The notes: generated from the sequence alone by a model not told the origin. Positions 20,297 to 31,666 are shown, counted from the first letter of the stretch. The stretch is 64,000 nucleotides of DNA from an archaeon (GCA_029258755.1 JAPDKC010000027.1:3435-67434), one strand, 5' to 3'. Numbers and translations: made by a program.

Positions 20297-20553
20297 TTTC
20301 CTACACCTCTAGCTATTTCTTTAACAACTTCTTCAGGAGATTTCAACTTATAAAGTCTTTTTCTTGCGTCCTCCGGATCCAATCTCATTTCCAGCCAACC
20401 AACCTTTCTCATTTCGGATAAAATAACGCTAACCATTCTTTCGTCATCTGGCAATGTTTGAGTAGCTTGCTCATGATTGAACTCTTTATCCTTAAACTTA
20501 ACCCAAAGCAAAGAGTAGCGTTGCATAAGCCATTTAGGTAAAGGTTCTACCAT
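20293..20553 (-). CDS. Small hypothetical protein translationally coupled to the methyltransferase
   Basis: 86-aa ORF; 4-nt overlap with the MTase start; 6 nt after the stop of the DUF262-HNH gene. Confidence 0.5.
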   Translation of the reverse strand: MVEPLPKWLMQRYSLLWVKFKDKEFNHEQATQTLPDDERMVSVILSEMRKVGWLEMRLDPEDARKRLYKLKSPEEVVKEIARGVGK

Positions 20554-20559
20554 TTTCTA

Positions 20560-21828
20560 TCACCTTTTTCTATGAATTTTATTTAAATGACATTCTTTAC
20601 ATACTAGTAAAGCATTCTCTACTATTGTCTTCCCACCTTCTATGTATCTATCTTTATGGTGAAAATGTGTATCGGGACTATCAAATTTTAATTCTTTACT
20701 ACATAGAGCACATTTACCGTTATATTTTCTAAAAATTTCTATTTTTTGTTCTTCTGTAAAAAATCTGTTTTCATCTAATCTCATTGGATTATATTTTTCT
20801 AAAAATCTTTTAAGAATCAGGGTATACCTCAGTGTTATGCTTTTTACACTTGTTGTGCCTTTACTCACGTTAATATTAAATTCTACTAATTCTTTATCTC
20901 CAGACATTGGAGCTTGTTTGACATCTTGATAAAATGTTTGTATAAAATTTTTGAAATTTTCTTTCCGAGTTTTCATTACATAATTTTCAAGAAGATGTGC
21001 AGCTAATAAATAAACTGTAATTATCCATGCAGGTTTTCTTAATTCTGGTGCTGTAGTTTGAAAGGTTTCTGTAAGAAAATTTAGGACACGGTGGATTTTC
21101 TTGTAAACTTTGGATTCTTTATTTAAGTGTTTATTCTTTTCAAAAAATTCGTAAATATATCTTGGACTGATATCCTTAATACCTTCACTTTCGAGATATA
21201 ATAATTGAGCGACAATATAGTAGTGTTTATATCTTTTTTTCTTGATTGGGACCACCTCTTTAAAGAATCTATGAGATGCTAATTCTCTCATTAGAAGAAC
21301 TATCTCTCCAGGAAAAGCGTTTAGTATCTCTCCTGGAAGTAGTGGTTTTCCATGTTGAAGTCTTCTAAATAAAACCCTTATTTCCTCATCTGTGTAATCT
21401 TCCAAGACTATAATTGGTAAAGGATAATTGTCAAATCTATTTTGCCATTCTTCATGAAGTTGGTTATATGTGTAAGCACCTTTACCATTATTCTTTTCTC
21501 TGTTTTTTTGATCATAAATAATATCAGCAGAAAATTTTTCGTTTAATTTTAATTTATTTTCTTTGAACTTCCAAATTGTGTTTAATCTTTGTTGCCCATC
21601 TACAATAAAATAGGTTTCCCCTTTTTTGTGTAGAAATATTGGCGGTACTGCTAATCCTCTAAGGATAGTATCTATAAAGTATTGCTCATCACTTAAACTC
21701 CACGTTCCAGCTTCTCGTTGATAGGTAGGATCAATTTTATATCTTTCCTTATGAAGTATAAACGTACTAATTAGTCGTGGTTTTGGTTCTGGAGGCTCTT
21801 TCAATCTCATTTTATCACCTATGTCCAT
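20560..21828 (-). CDS. DUF262 (ParB-like) - HNH nuclease fusion, GmrSD/SspE-like modification-dependent (type IV-like) endonuclease
   Basis: 422 aa. N-terminal IDPTYQRE...DGQQRLNTI DUF262 signature. C-terminal CALCS...HFHHKDRYIEGGKTIVENALLVCKECHLNKIH His-Me (HNH) finger. Confidence 0.8.
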   Translation of the reverse strand: MDIGDKMRLKEPPEPKPRLISTFILHKERYKIDPTYQREAGTWSLSDEQYFIDTILRGLAVPPIFLHKKGETYFIVDGQQRLNTIWKFKENKLKLNEKFSADIIYDQKNREKNNGKGAYTYNQLHEEWQNRFDNYPLPIIVLEDYTDEEIRVLFRRLQHGKPLLPGEILNAFPGEIVLLMRELASHRFFKEVVPIKKKRYKHYYIVAQLLYLESEGIKDISPRYIYEFFEKNKHLNKESKVYKKIHRVLNFLTETFQTTAPELRKPAWIITVYLLAAHLLENYVMKTRKENFKNFIQTFYQDVKQAPMSGDKELVEFNINVSKGTTSVKSITLRYTLILKRFLEKYNPMRLDENRFFTEEQKIEIFRKYNGKCALCSKELKFDSPDTHFHHKDRYIEGGKTIVENALLVCKECHLNKIHRKR

Positions 21829-21950
21829 AACATAATTAATAGTTTAAGAATTTATAAATTTTTTGGATAACCTATATACTTGACTATCGAAATATTTTAA
21901 TATTAGTTATGCTAATAACATATTAGATATGTGATAAACATAAGATAAAT

Positions 21951-21985
21951 CCCAGAGGGTGTTGGGTTAAGGGTCACCCTCTGGG
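21951..21985. repeat. GC-rich perfect inverted repeat (11-bp stem, 13-nt loop)
   Basis: cccagagggtg-ttgggttaagggt-caccctctggg in the AT-rich divergent intergenic region between the DUF262-HNH and integrase genes. Confidence 0.6.
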
Positions 21986-22002
21986 AGTGGAAGTGCCAGG
22001 CT

Positions 22003-23337
22003 ATGACAACCCCCACAATGAAAGATAGGGAAAGGAGGAAATATAAAACTTTTGTAAGTGAAAAATTTAGCTTGAGAAAGCTTCAGGAGTATGAAGAAGT
22101 TAAAACTTGGTTGAGAACGGTAAGTGAAAGTTCTAGAAGATTGTATTTACATGCTTTAAGACATTTCTGCGAATTTTGTAATAAAGACCCAAAAGAGCTA
22201 ATTTTAATGAGGGATAAGGAGATAAGAAATCCTGATCCGAATTCGAAAAGCGGTGTTAGAAACTTAATTCTTGATTTTAGAGAGTATTTGGAAAAAGAAG
22301 GTTATGCTCCAAAGACAATTAACGCTTTAGATGGTGCAGTAAGAAATTTCTTTTCTGCTATCCTTGGAAAAGCTGGAATGATAAATGTTAAGAATTACAA
22401 GGATGCTTGTGTTACTAAAAAGAAAGATTTTGTTCCAACTTTAGAGGAACTAAAGAAAATGTTGGAACTCTGTAATCTGGAGGAGAAGTTTAGGATAATT
22501 TTCTTAGCTCAAACTGGAATGAGAATTTCAGATGCCTTGGAATTAAAGGTTGGTAATGTTCTGAGAGAATTGGAATTAGGCAAAGTTCCCTTAGCAATTT
22601 ACTATGTTCCTAAGAAAGACAGAGATGCAATTGGAGAAAAAATAACTTTCTTGGCTTCAGATGGAGTTGAGATTTTAAAGCAATATTTAGAATGGAGAAA
22701 AAAGAATGGTGAAAATATTACGCCAGAAAGTCCTTTGTTTGTTGGAAGAAGTAAAAAGTATAATGGTATTAAGGTTACCAAACTTACTAGGCAAATGGTA
22801 AATTTGACTTTGAAAGAAGCTGTTAAGAGAGCTAGATTGGGGAATGGTAACGGAAAATATGGAAGGATAAGAGTCCATTGCTTAAGAAAATTCTTTGTCA
22901 CTCAACTAACAAATCACGGAGTTGAAGATAAGGTGGTTAACTTCTTTATTGGACATAAAATTCCTGAATTTGATAGAGTTTATTGGTTTAGGAGGGTTGA
23001 AGAGTTAAGAGAAATTTATAGGCAAAGAGAAAAGTTTCTTAATCCAATTTCTGGAACTCAGCATGAGGATTTGAGAAAGATTGAAGATTTGATCAAGAAA
23101 GTAAAAGAAATAGATGAAAAGTTGAAATCTTTAAATGAAACTAAGATCAAAGAGATTGTGTTTAATGTGATTAAAGAGTATGGAATTATTTTTAACGGGA
23201 CTAATCATTCAACTTCAAATCAAAAATATGATGTAAAGATTGTTACAAGTGAAGAAGAAATTATTGAGTTGGCAAAGCAAGGTTATGATTGTCAGCAAAT
23301 AGGAGAGAATAAGTGGTTGATGAAAAAGCGAATTTAA
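22003..23337 (+). CDS. int: Tyrosine recombinase / phage-type integrase
   Basis: 444 aa. Catalytic region with RISDALELK (Arg I), HCLRKFF (His-x-x-Arg II) and RVYW (Tyr). N-terminal SAM-like core-binding domain. Confidence 0.85.
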   Translation: MTTPTMKDRERRKYKTFVSEKFSLRKLQEYEEVKTWLRTVSESSRRLYLHALRHFCEFCNKDPKELILMRDKEIRNPDPNSKSGVRNLILDFREYLEKEGYAPKTINALDGAVRNFFSAILGKAGMINVKNYKDACVTKKKDFVPTLEELKKMLELCNLEEKFRIIFLAQTGMRISDALELKVGNVLRELELGKVPLAIYYVPKKDRDAIGEKITFLASDGVEILKQYLEWRKKNGENITPESPLFVGRSKKYNGIKVTKLTRQMVNLTLKEAVKRARLGNGNGKYGRIRVHCLRKFFVTQLTNHGVEDKVVNFFIGHKIPEFDRVYWFRRVEELREIYRQREKFLNPISGTQHEDLRKIEDLIKKVKEIDEKLKSLNETKIKEIVFNVIKEYGIIFNGTNHSTSNQKYDVKIVTSEEEIIELAKQGYDCQQIGENKWLMKKRI

Positions 23338-23353
23338 TTAATTAACCTTAACT

Positions 23354-24109
23354 TTACTGTAAGGATGCTGAAACCTTTTTTATAATTTTTTCCACTCTTA
23401 TTATTCCGAGTTTTGTGAGTTTTATTCCATTTTTATTAATATGGATAAACTTTTTTCTTTCCAATCTTCGTAAAGTTGTGCTGAGAAGTTGTGGATACTT
23501 TGGCTTCACAGAGAATATGATCTCATCTTTCTTAACCCTTTTTGGATAGTTAATATATAAAAGTAACAGAAGTTCATCGGAAAATGGTAAATTCTCCTTT
23601 AAAATTAAGATACTTCCATCCTCGAATTTTTCAACGACTGGTAATTTTCTCTCTACAAACTTATCTAAAACTTCTTTCATTTTATGTTCGTTAATCTTTT
23701 CCATAAAAAGTAAGAGTTGTGAAAATATCCAATCGGAAGCTTCAATAACATATTTAGCATCTATAAAATTTGGATCAATCTCTTTAAAATGAGCCACTTT
23801 CTTTTTACTTCTTAATGTATAAATCGATTTTGCGACAATAGGCACTACTAGTGTCAATATCTCGTCTTTCGCACTTAGTTTTTGTAGATTAATCAAGGTA
23901 TTAAACATTTTATCAAACTTGGATTTTCTAAAATCTATATTCTGTACATTATAGTATATCAAAATAGATCTAAGAACTATTTCAACGAATATTCCACCAG
24001 AAATTATTGTTTTTTCAAAGTCGGATAAAATAAAAGAATTCTTAATTTGATTATATTCCTTTATTAGTTCATTTATAAGCGGTATTTCTTGGAGTTTCAT
24101 CATATTCAC
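23354..24109 (-). CDS. Hypothetical protein (integrase-associated ORFan)
   Basis: 251 aa ORF, no recognisable motif. Confidence 0.45.
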   Translation of the reverse strand: MNMMKLQEIPLINELIKEYNQIKNSFILSDFEKTIISGGIFVEIVLRSILIYYNVQNIDFRKSKFDKMFNTLINLQKLSAKDEILTLVVPIVAKSIYTLRSKKKVAHFKEIDPNFIDAKYVIEASDWIFSQLLLFMEKINEHKMKEVLDKFVERKLPVVEKFEDGSILILKENLPFSDELLLLLYINYPKRVKKDEIIFSVKPKYPQLLSTTLRRLERKKFIHINKNGIKLTKLGIIRVEKIIKKVSASLQ

Positions 24110-24672
24110 GTGGATTTAACTTTCTCGATTTGTTCTTTTAATAGCTTCTTCGCTTCGTCAATGCCAGGCGGTAAAATATCTACAAACAAATATTTACCTT
24201 CTTTCCAGATTTTGATGTATTTTTTATACTTGGATAAATCTCTTTTTAAGTGAGAAACGTCGACCCATTTCTTTATCTTTTTAGACAATTCTTTTAGTTT
24301 GATAGGAGTTTTTTTGTAAATAGTCTTAAGTGGCAATAAAAGTATTAATGAAGCCTTTAACTGTTTACCTCTTCCTTCTAACTCTAGGTAATTAATATCT
24401 ACATCATCTTCCTTAAAATTATAAACATATTGTAAATCCTCTGCAGGGAAACCTAGCAATTTTTCCATATTTTTCTTTGGCTTCTGCACAGTTTTTTCAG
24501 TGTAATGGACTTTTTCTTCAATAATTAAACGAGAATACAATTTTTCAAAGTTTTCTTTAACAAATTTTTCATTTCCTTTTACTTCGATCTCGATTTCACC
24601 AATTTTTATTTTTATAGAGCATATAGAGTTTTCATTATTTTCTGTCATCTTTCTCACCATATTTACTTTCAA
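24106..24672 (-). CDS. Hypothetical protein (integrase-associated ORFan)
   Basis: 188 aa ORF, 4-nt overlap with the downstream gene. Confidence 0.45.
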   Translation of the reverse strand: MKVNMVRKMTENNENSICSIKIKIGEIEIEVKGNEKFVKENFEKLYSRLIIEEKVHYTEKTVQKPKKNMEKLLGFPAEDLQYVYNFKEDDVDINYLELEGRGKQLKASLILLLPLKTIYKKTPIKLKELSKKIKKWVDVSHLKRDLSKYKKYIKIWKEGKYLFVDILPPGIDEAKKLLKEQIEKVKST

Positions 24673-25069
24673 GTTCTTTCAAAATTTTTTCAATTTTTGT
24701 AGGGATTACACGATAAATTCCTTTTTTCTCACGTATCGAGAGTTTTTCATCTCTAATTTCCTTTAGCCTAGCCGAAACTTGCATTTTATCCACCATAAAG
24801 AAGTTTGAAATTTCTCGTGCCGAAAGAAAAGGTTTTATAGATTCATCTAGTTTACTAGCAATAAATCTTGCTACTAGTGCTAATTTAATCTTGTCTTTTA
24901 AAGTAAATTTGTCTCCAAGCTCCGTAAGATCAACTTCTCCTGTTTTTGTAATTTTACAATACCTCATAAGGCGTTTTACATACTGTGCTATTTTTTTCTC
25001 ATCAAAAGCTTTTTCATCAATTACCCATTTATTTTTTAGCTCTTCAAGATCGTCCATTTTCATACTCAC
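24635..25069 (-). CDS. Hypothetical protein, possible winged-helix DNA-binding
   Basis: 144 aa. C-terminal ISAREISNFFMVDKMQVSARLKEIRDEKLSIREKKGIYRV resembles a wHTH. Confidence 0.4.
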   Translation of the reverse strand: MSMKMDDLEELKNKWVIDEKAFDEKKIAQYVKRLMRYCKITKTGEVDLTELGDKFTLKDKIKLALVARFIASKLDESIKPFLSAREISNFFMVDKMQVSARLKEIRDEKLSIREKKGIYRVIPTKIEKILKELESKYGEKDDRK

Positions 25070-25216
25070 CTACTTGTTACCTGTATTTTGTATAATGTAT
25101 AATGTAAATTTAACCTTTATAAATCTTTTGGTAACCTACGTTTTGATAGAATACAAGGAAGAAACAGAGATGTTAAATTAAATTTACCAAAAATTTATTT
25201 TTCCAGCTTGTTACTC

Positions 25217-27804
<2,588 letters not shown>

Positions 27805-28251
27805 CTACTTTATTTCTATGCGTTTCCTGCTCTCTTCCTTCGGACTCTTAGGTACTCTTATCTCCAAGATGCCGTTTTTGTATGTTGCTTCTGCCTTATC
27901 TAGCTCAGCGTTCTCCGGAAGCGTCACATACTTGTAGAAGCCAGCGTAATTTCGCTCGACCCTATAGAAGCCTTTCTTATGCTCCTTTGCTTCTTCCTTT
28001 CGCATAGCCTTTATCTCTAAGCCATTGTCAACAACGTTTATCTCTATGTCTTCTTTGTTAACTCCTGGCATCTCCAAGCTTATATGGTATGCGTCTTCTG
28101 TTTCCCACATGTCTGCTAGCGGCTGTCTTACACTTGTTTCGATCTCGAATTCCTCGAAGGGCTCGCGCTCGAAGAAGCTTGCAAACATCCTGTTAAGATG
28201 CCTCTGCATCCTTCTCATTTCTTCGAATGGATCCCAAAAGCGCCTTGGCAA
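27805..28251 (-). CDS. Small heat-shock protein, Hsp20/alpha-crystallin family
   Basis: 148 aa. Alpha-crystallin domain (ISLEMPGVNKEDIEINV). Directly abuts the second hsp20. Confidence 0.85.
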   Translation of the reverse strand: MPRRFWDPFEEMRRMQRHLNRMFASFFEREPFEEFEIETSVRQPLADMWETEDAYHISLEMPGVNKEDIEINVVDNGLEIKAMRKEEAKEHKKGFYRVERNYAGFYKYVTLPENAELDKAEATYKNGILEIRVPKSPKEESRKRIEIK

Positions 28252-28380
28252 AATACCACCTCCTTTTAATCAATGCTTTTTATATTTATAAAATGATTGC
28301 GCTAGAATGATTAAAATTTTTAGACATATCCAAATTTTATAGACAAAAATAATAAAAAGCTTTCTCGAGAATCCTTTATT

Positions 28381-28773
28381 ATGCCAGCCAGATTCAGTAT
28401 AAAGATAAGGCGCATAGAGAGGCCTTACGAAGAGGATTTTAACGTCCATATTTCTTGGCTTTGCAACTCTTTGGGTTTAGGAAGCAAGAATGCATGCTAT
28501 GCGCATCGCATACTTACGCATATCTTAAAGGCCGAACGAGGCATAACATCAACAGAGCTCAGCAAGAGGCTTAATAAATCTAGGGGTGCTGTTATACATC
28601 AGCTAAACAAGCTTATTGAATGTGGGCTTATAGTGAAGCAAGGGCGCTTTTATAAGCTGAGGGCAAGCACAATGGAAAGAACTTTGGAAGAAATATATGA
28701 AGACATAGAGAGAATGTTTGCTAAGCTTATGAAGATCGCAGAGCGCATAGACAAAGAGCTGGAAAACATTTAA
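28381..28773 (+). CDS. Winged-helix transcriptional regulator, candidate heat-shock regulator (Phr-like)
   Basis: 130 aa. ITSTELSKRLNKSRGAVIHQLNKLIECGLI HTH. Divergent from the hsp20-hsp20-cdc48 operon. Confidence 0.55.
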   Translation: MPARFSIKIRRIERPYEEDFNVHISWLCNSLGLGSKNACYAHRILTHILKAERGITSTELSKRLNKSRGAVIHQLNKLIECGLIVKQGRFYKLRASTMERTLEEIYEDIERMFAKLMKIAERIDKELENI

Positions 28774-28802
28774 ATAGGCGAAAAGCTAATTTTTTTCCTA
28801 AT

Positions 28803-29480
28803 ATGAAGCTCTTTCAGCTCTTTAAAAAGAAGGAAAAAGCGGTTGTTGTAATCCCCGCTTATAATGAGGAGGAAGTTATTGGCAGAACGATAGATCTGAT
28901 CAAAGCTACAAAGCTTCCACTTGATATAATAGTTGTCAACGATGGTAGCACAGATAGAACAGCTAGCGTAGCAAAAGAAAAAGGATGCATTGTTGTGAAT
29001 CTACCAAAAAACGTAGGAAAAGCAAACGCCTTTCTTGCTGGAATAAAAGAAGCCCTGAAGCTTAATCCAACAGCCGTTGTTACGTTAGATGCTGACATGG
29101 TGAAGGTGCCTAAAAGAAGCCTTAAAAAGATGATTGCCTTAGTTTCAAAAGCAACGAAAAGAAGGAAAATATTGATGGTTGTTGCCCCCGTTTATGAGCC
29201 GCAGATATCGCTTCCAATATACTGGATTTCCGGTATAAGAGCTTTTAGTGTGCCAGCTTTATATAGGCTGGCTTCTTCCAAGTTTAAAAGCGTGCCTAAA
29301 GGATACGGTCTCGAACGCTTCCTTGAAGAATTTTTTCGCAAAAATAGAATGATTCTTAATAAGCGCTATGCATTCGAGGCAATGCGCGCCCACAGAAAAA
29401 AAGGTGCGGTAAGAATTCAGATGAGTGATGGACAAGTCACGGCGGAAAGGTTAAGAAGAAGGATGAAAAGATTGAGGTAG
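28803..29480 (+). CDS. Family 2 glycosyltransferase (dolichyl-phosphate sugar synthase-like)
   Basis: 225 aa. VVIPAYNEEEVI and VVNDGSTD GT-A/DxD motifs. Confidence 0.8.
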   Translation: MKLFQLFKKKEKAVVVIPAYNEEEVIGRTIDLIKATKLPLDIIVVNDGSTDRTASVAKEKGCIVVNLPKNVGKANAFLAGIKEALKLNPTAVVTLDADMVKVPKRSLKKMIALVSKATKRRKILMVVAPVYEPQISLPIYWISGIRAFSVPALYRLASSKFKSVPKGYGLERFLEEFFRKNRMILNKRYAFEAMRAHRKKGAVRIQMSDGQVTAERLRRRMKRLR

Positions 29481-29516
29481 ATTGCGGCTGATCAATCTCT
29501 TTAATATGATAAAACA

Positions 29517-30323
29517 TTATGTAAATGCATGCATGCCGGCTGCGGTAGCGATAAATGTGAAGTAATATACTGAAAGGATTGCGGAAACTATCATAGGAAT
29601 AATGGATAAAGCTAAGGCGATTACAATATTTAGAATACTCCTGTTTCTTTTAGCACTTTTTGAGCTTTTTTCTAGAAACTGTACTATATAAGTTGAAATT
29701 AAGAATATCAGGGAAAAGAAAGGTGCCGTGAAAAGTAAGTATAGAGTTGCTAAAGCAAAGAAAAAGACGCTAACCAAAGGGTCAAAGCTTTCTTCTTTAA
29801 GCCAGCTCTCTTTTTGATGAAGGGCTTGGTAGATAGGCGCATTATTATACACAACCAGCAGCGAAATAACCAAAAGGTTGTATAATACTGCTAGAGAAAG
29901 CAATGTAAGAAAATATGCAAAAAGCTTCCCAAATACATTCTCTTTTCTAATTCTCAGAGTTTTTGCGATTTTTTGATAGGCTTTACCTACAAAGATATAG
30001 GATAGCGCACCAACTATAAAAGAAGAGAACACCACGAGTATCATGGAAATTGTGGGCAAAGCAAGGATAAGCAACAGAAGGCCTGCTATTAAGCTAGTAA
30101 CGAGAGAATACTTTATTTTTTCCTTTCTCAGGGAAATTATTCCGAACATGATGGTGGTTAAGGAAAAGATAGAAGCAGCTATGCAGGAAAGAGCAATAGT
30201 TAGATCGGCATAATGCAAGTTTCTGATGTAAAGAGCGATGTAGTGGTAAGCTGCACAGAGAATAGCGACTATTAGGAAAATAAGAGAAAGTATTGCAACT
30301 CTTTTTTGTTTCAAATTTCTCAT
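29517..30323 (-). CDS. Polytopic membrane protein, hypothetical
   Basis: ORF 29517..30386. The longest form overlaps tRNA-Tyr, so the start is moved to the internal Met (MRNLKQKR). Multi-TM. Confidence 0.45.
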   Translation of the reverse strand: MRNLKQKRVAILSLIFLIVAILCAAYHYIALYIRNLHYADLTIALSCIAASIFSLTTIMFGIISLRKEKIKYSLVTSLIAGLLLLILALPTISMILVVFSSFIVGALSYIFVGKAYQKIAKTLRIRKENVFGKLFAYFLTLLSLAVLYNLLVISLLVVYNNAPIYQALHQKESWLKEESFDPLVSVFFFALATLYLLFTAPFFSLIFLISTYIVQFLEKSSKSAKRNRSILNIVIALALSIIPMIVSAILSVYYFTFIATAAGMHAFT

Positions 30324-30365
30324 TTCTAACCTCTCTTTATGTAGAAGAGAGAAAGGAAAAGGATA

Positions 30366-30479
30366 TCCCGCCTCCCGGAGTTGCACCGGGGATCTCTCGG
30401 TAACCGCCCACCGCCATAACGAGGCGGCCGGTTTTTAAGGGCCTACAGCCGAGCGTTTTAGCTACTAAACTAAGGCGGG
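30366..30479 (-). tRNA. tRNA-Tyr (GTA) with 41-nt intron at canonical position 37/38
   Basis: Manual fold: acceptor CCCGCCT/AGGCGGG (C1-G72, archaeal Tyr identity). D stem GTTT/AAAC. Anticodon stem CTCGG/CCGAG with loop CTGTAG+A. Intron 30402-30442. T arm CCCGG-TGCAACT-CCGGG. Confidence 0.72.
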
Positions 30480-30512
30480 ATAACAAGTATATAAATTAAT
30501 TCTGCAGGTATG

Positions 30513-30953
30513 TTATTTAATCTTTTTGCTCAACTTCTTTGCTAGCTTTAGCGTTGGCAGCTCAACCTGAGAATAGCTATGCTTATAACCGGATTTTTTC
30601 AAAGCATGCCTAAGAGCATACACGGCTGCAAGCTCTTCTAAGCACTTAACCTCTTTTTTATCCAAAGCAGACCTCCTTTTTATAGAATCTTTCAAAGCCC
30701 TCTTAACGCTAGGTTCTTGCAATACATACAATGCATTTTCTCTCGTTAATGCATCATTGACAGCGTTCTCTATAACACTAAAATCGATCTCCTCTGCTAA
30801 GTATCGCTCGATAGCTTGCTCTATGCTCGCGGAAAGCGAAATAAGAAATTCAGCTATATCTTTAGCTTCAACCCCTTTTTCTACCTTGAGCTTTTTAATT
30901 GAAACCCAATCGCCAAGCTTTGCAATGAACTGTATGCCTTCAAAGTTATCCAT
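30513..30953 (-). CDS. Hypothetical protein
   Basis: 146 aa ORF, probably co-transcribed with the upstream Cys-rich gene. Confidence 0.45.
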   Translation of the reverse strand: MDNFEGIQFIAKLGDWVSIKKLKVEKGVEAKDIAEFLISLSASIEQAIERYLAEEIDFSVIENAVNDALTRENALYVLQEPSVKRALKDSIKRRSALDKKEVKCLEELAAVYALRHALKKSGYKHSYSQVELPTLKLAKKLSKKIK

Positions 30954-30957
30954 ACTC

Positions 30958-31536
30958 TCACCTCTTTGCCTCGATCATTTTCATCTTTTCTATAACTTCA
31001 TCTACATTTACATCCGTATCTATGCAGCCAGTTTTGGTGAGCAATACTGCTTGCGGAATAACTTTGGTTTCCTTCAAACTATCAAAGGCAAGTATGGCTT
31101 CTTTATAGCAGCAAACGCCAAGCACAGCCTTTGGCTTATACTTTTTTATGAGCTTTAAAACCATGCTGCCCCCTGGCAAGATAAAAACCCCTTTATAACC
31201 GAGTTTTTTTGCTTCTTTGACTAAGGGATCTATCTTGCATTTTCCGCATTCTAAGCATTTTAGCCCTTCTTCACCATAGCTTGCTTTGCATTCCTTGGAG
31301 TTTCGCAAGCAATGGGGTAAAAGCAATAATCGCTCTTTATAAGGGGTTCTTTTATAAGCAGATTCGTTCAACTTATTTCGAAATTCAACGTGCGTATACT
31401 CTATCCATTTTTCGCTTAGGCCGAGCTTTTTTGCTATTTTTTCGCTGGCTTTAGCTATGTTTAGATGCGCACCACTATCTATAGCGTTTGCTACAGCCTC
31501 TTTAATCCTTTCCCTTATGTTCTTCATATAAAACAA
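30958..31536 (-). CDS. Conserved Cys-rich protein (DUF116-like)
   Basis: 192 aa. LPHCLRNSKECK...CLECGKCK...GVCC cysteine pattern recalled from the DUF116 family; family assignment tentative. Confidence 0.45.
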   Translation of the reverse strand: MFYMKNIRERIKEAVANAIDSGAHLNIAKASEKIAKKLGLSEKWIEYTHVEFRNKLNESAYKRTPYKERLLLLPHCLRNSKECKASYGEEGLKCLECGKCKIDPLVKEAKKLGYKGVFILPGGSMVLKLIKKYKPKAVLGVCCYKEAILAFDSLKETKVIPQAVLLTKTGCIDTDVNVDEVIEKMKMIEAKR

Positions 31537-31548
31537 CCAAAATACTCA

Positions 31549-31620
31549 AGCCCCGGGCGGGATTCGAACCCGCGACCTGCGGATTACAAGTCCGCTGCAC
31601 TGCCGCTATGCTACCGGGGC
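31549..31620 (-). tRNA. tRNA-Thr (TGT)
   Basis: Manual fold: acceptor GCCCCGG/CCGGGGC. Anticodon stem GCGGA/TCCGC with loop CTTGTAA. T arm GCGGG-TTCGAAT-CCCGC. Confidence 0.85.
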
Positions 31621-31666
31621 TTGCGCCATATTGTTAAAGCTGTAAAAGAAGATTTTTATTTTTATG

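Larger units (their letters stand above)
15400..25216. mobile_element. AT-rich horizontally acquired island carrying a tyrosine integrase, defense genes and ORFans (boundaries approximate)
   Basis: Visibly lower GC and Lys/Asn/Ile/Phe-rich proteins relative to the flanking core genes. Contains an integrase and imperfect direct repeats at ~21851-21880 and ~25116-25142. Confidence 0.35.
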
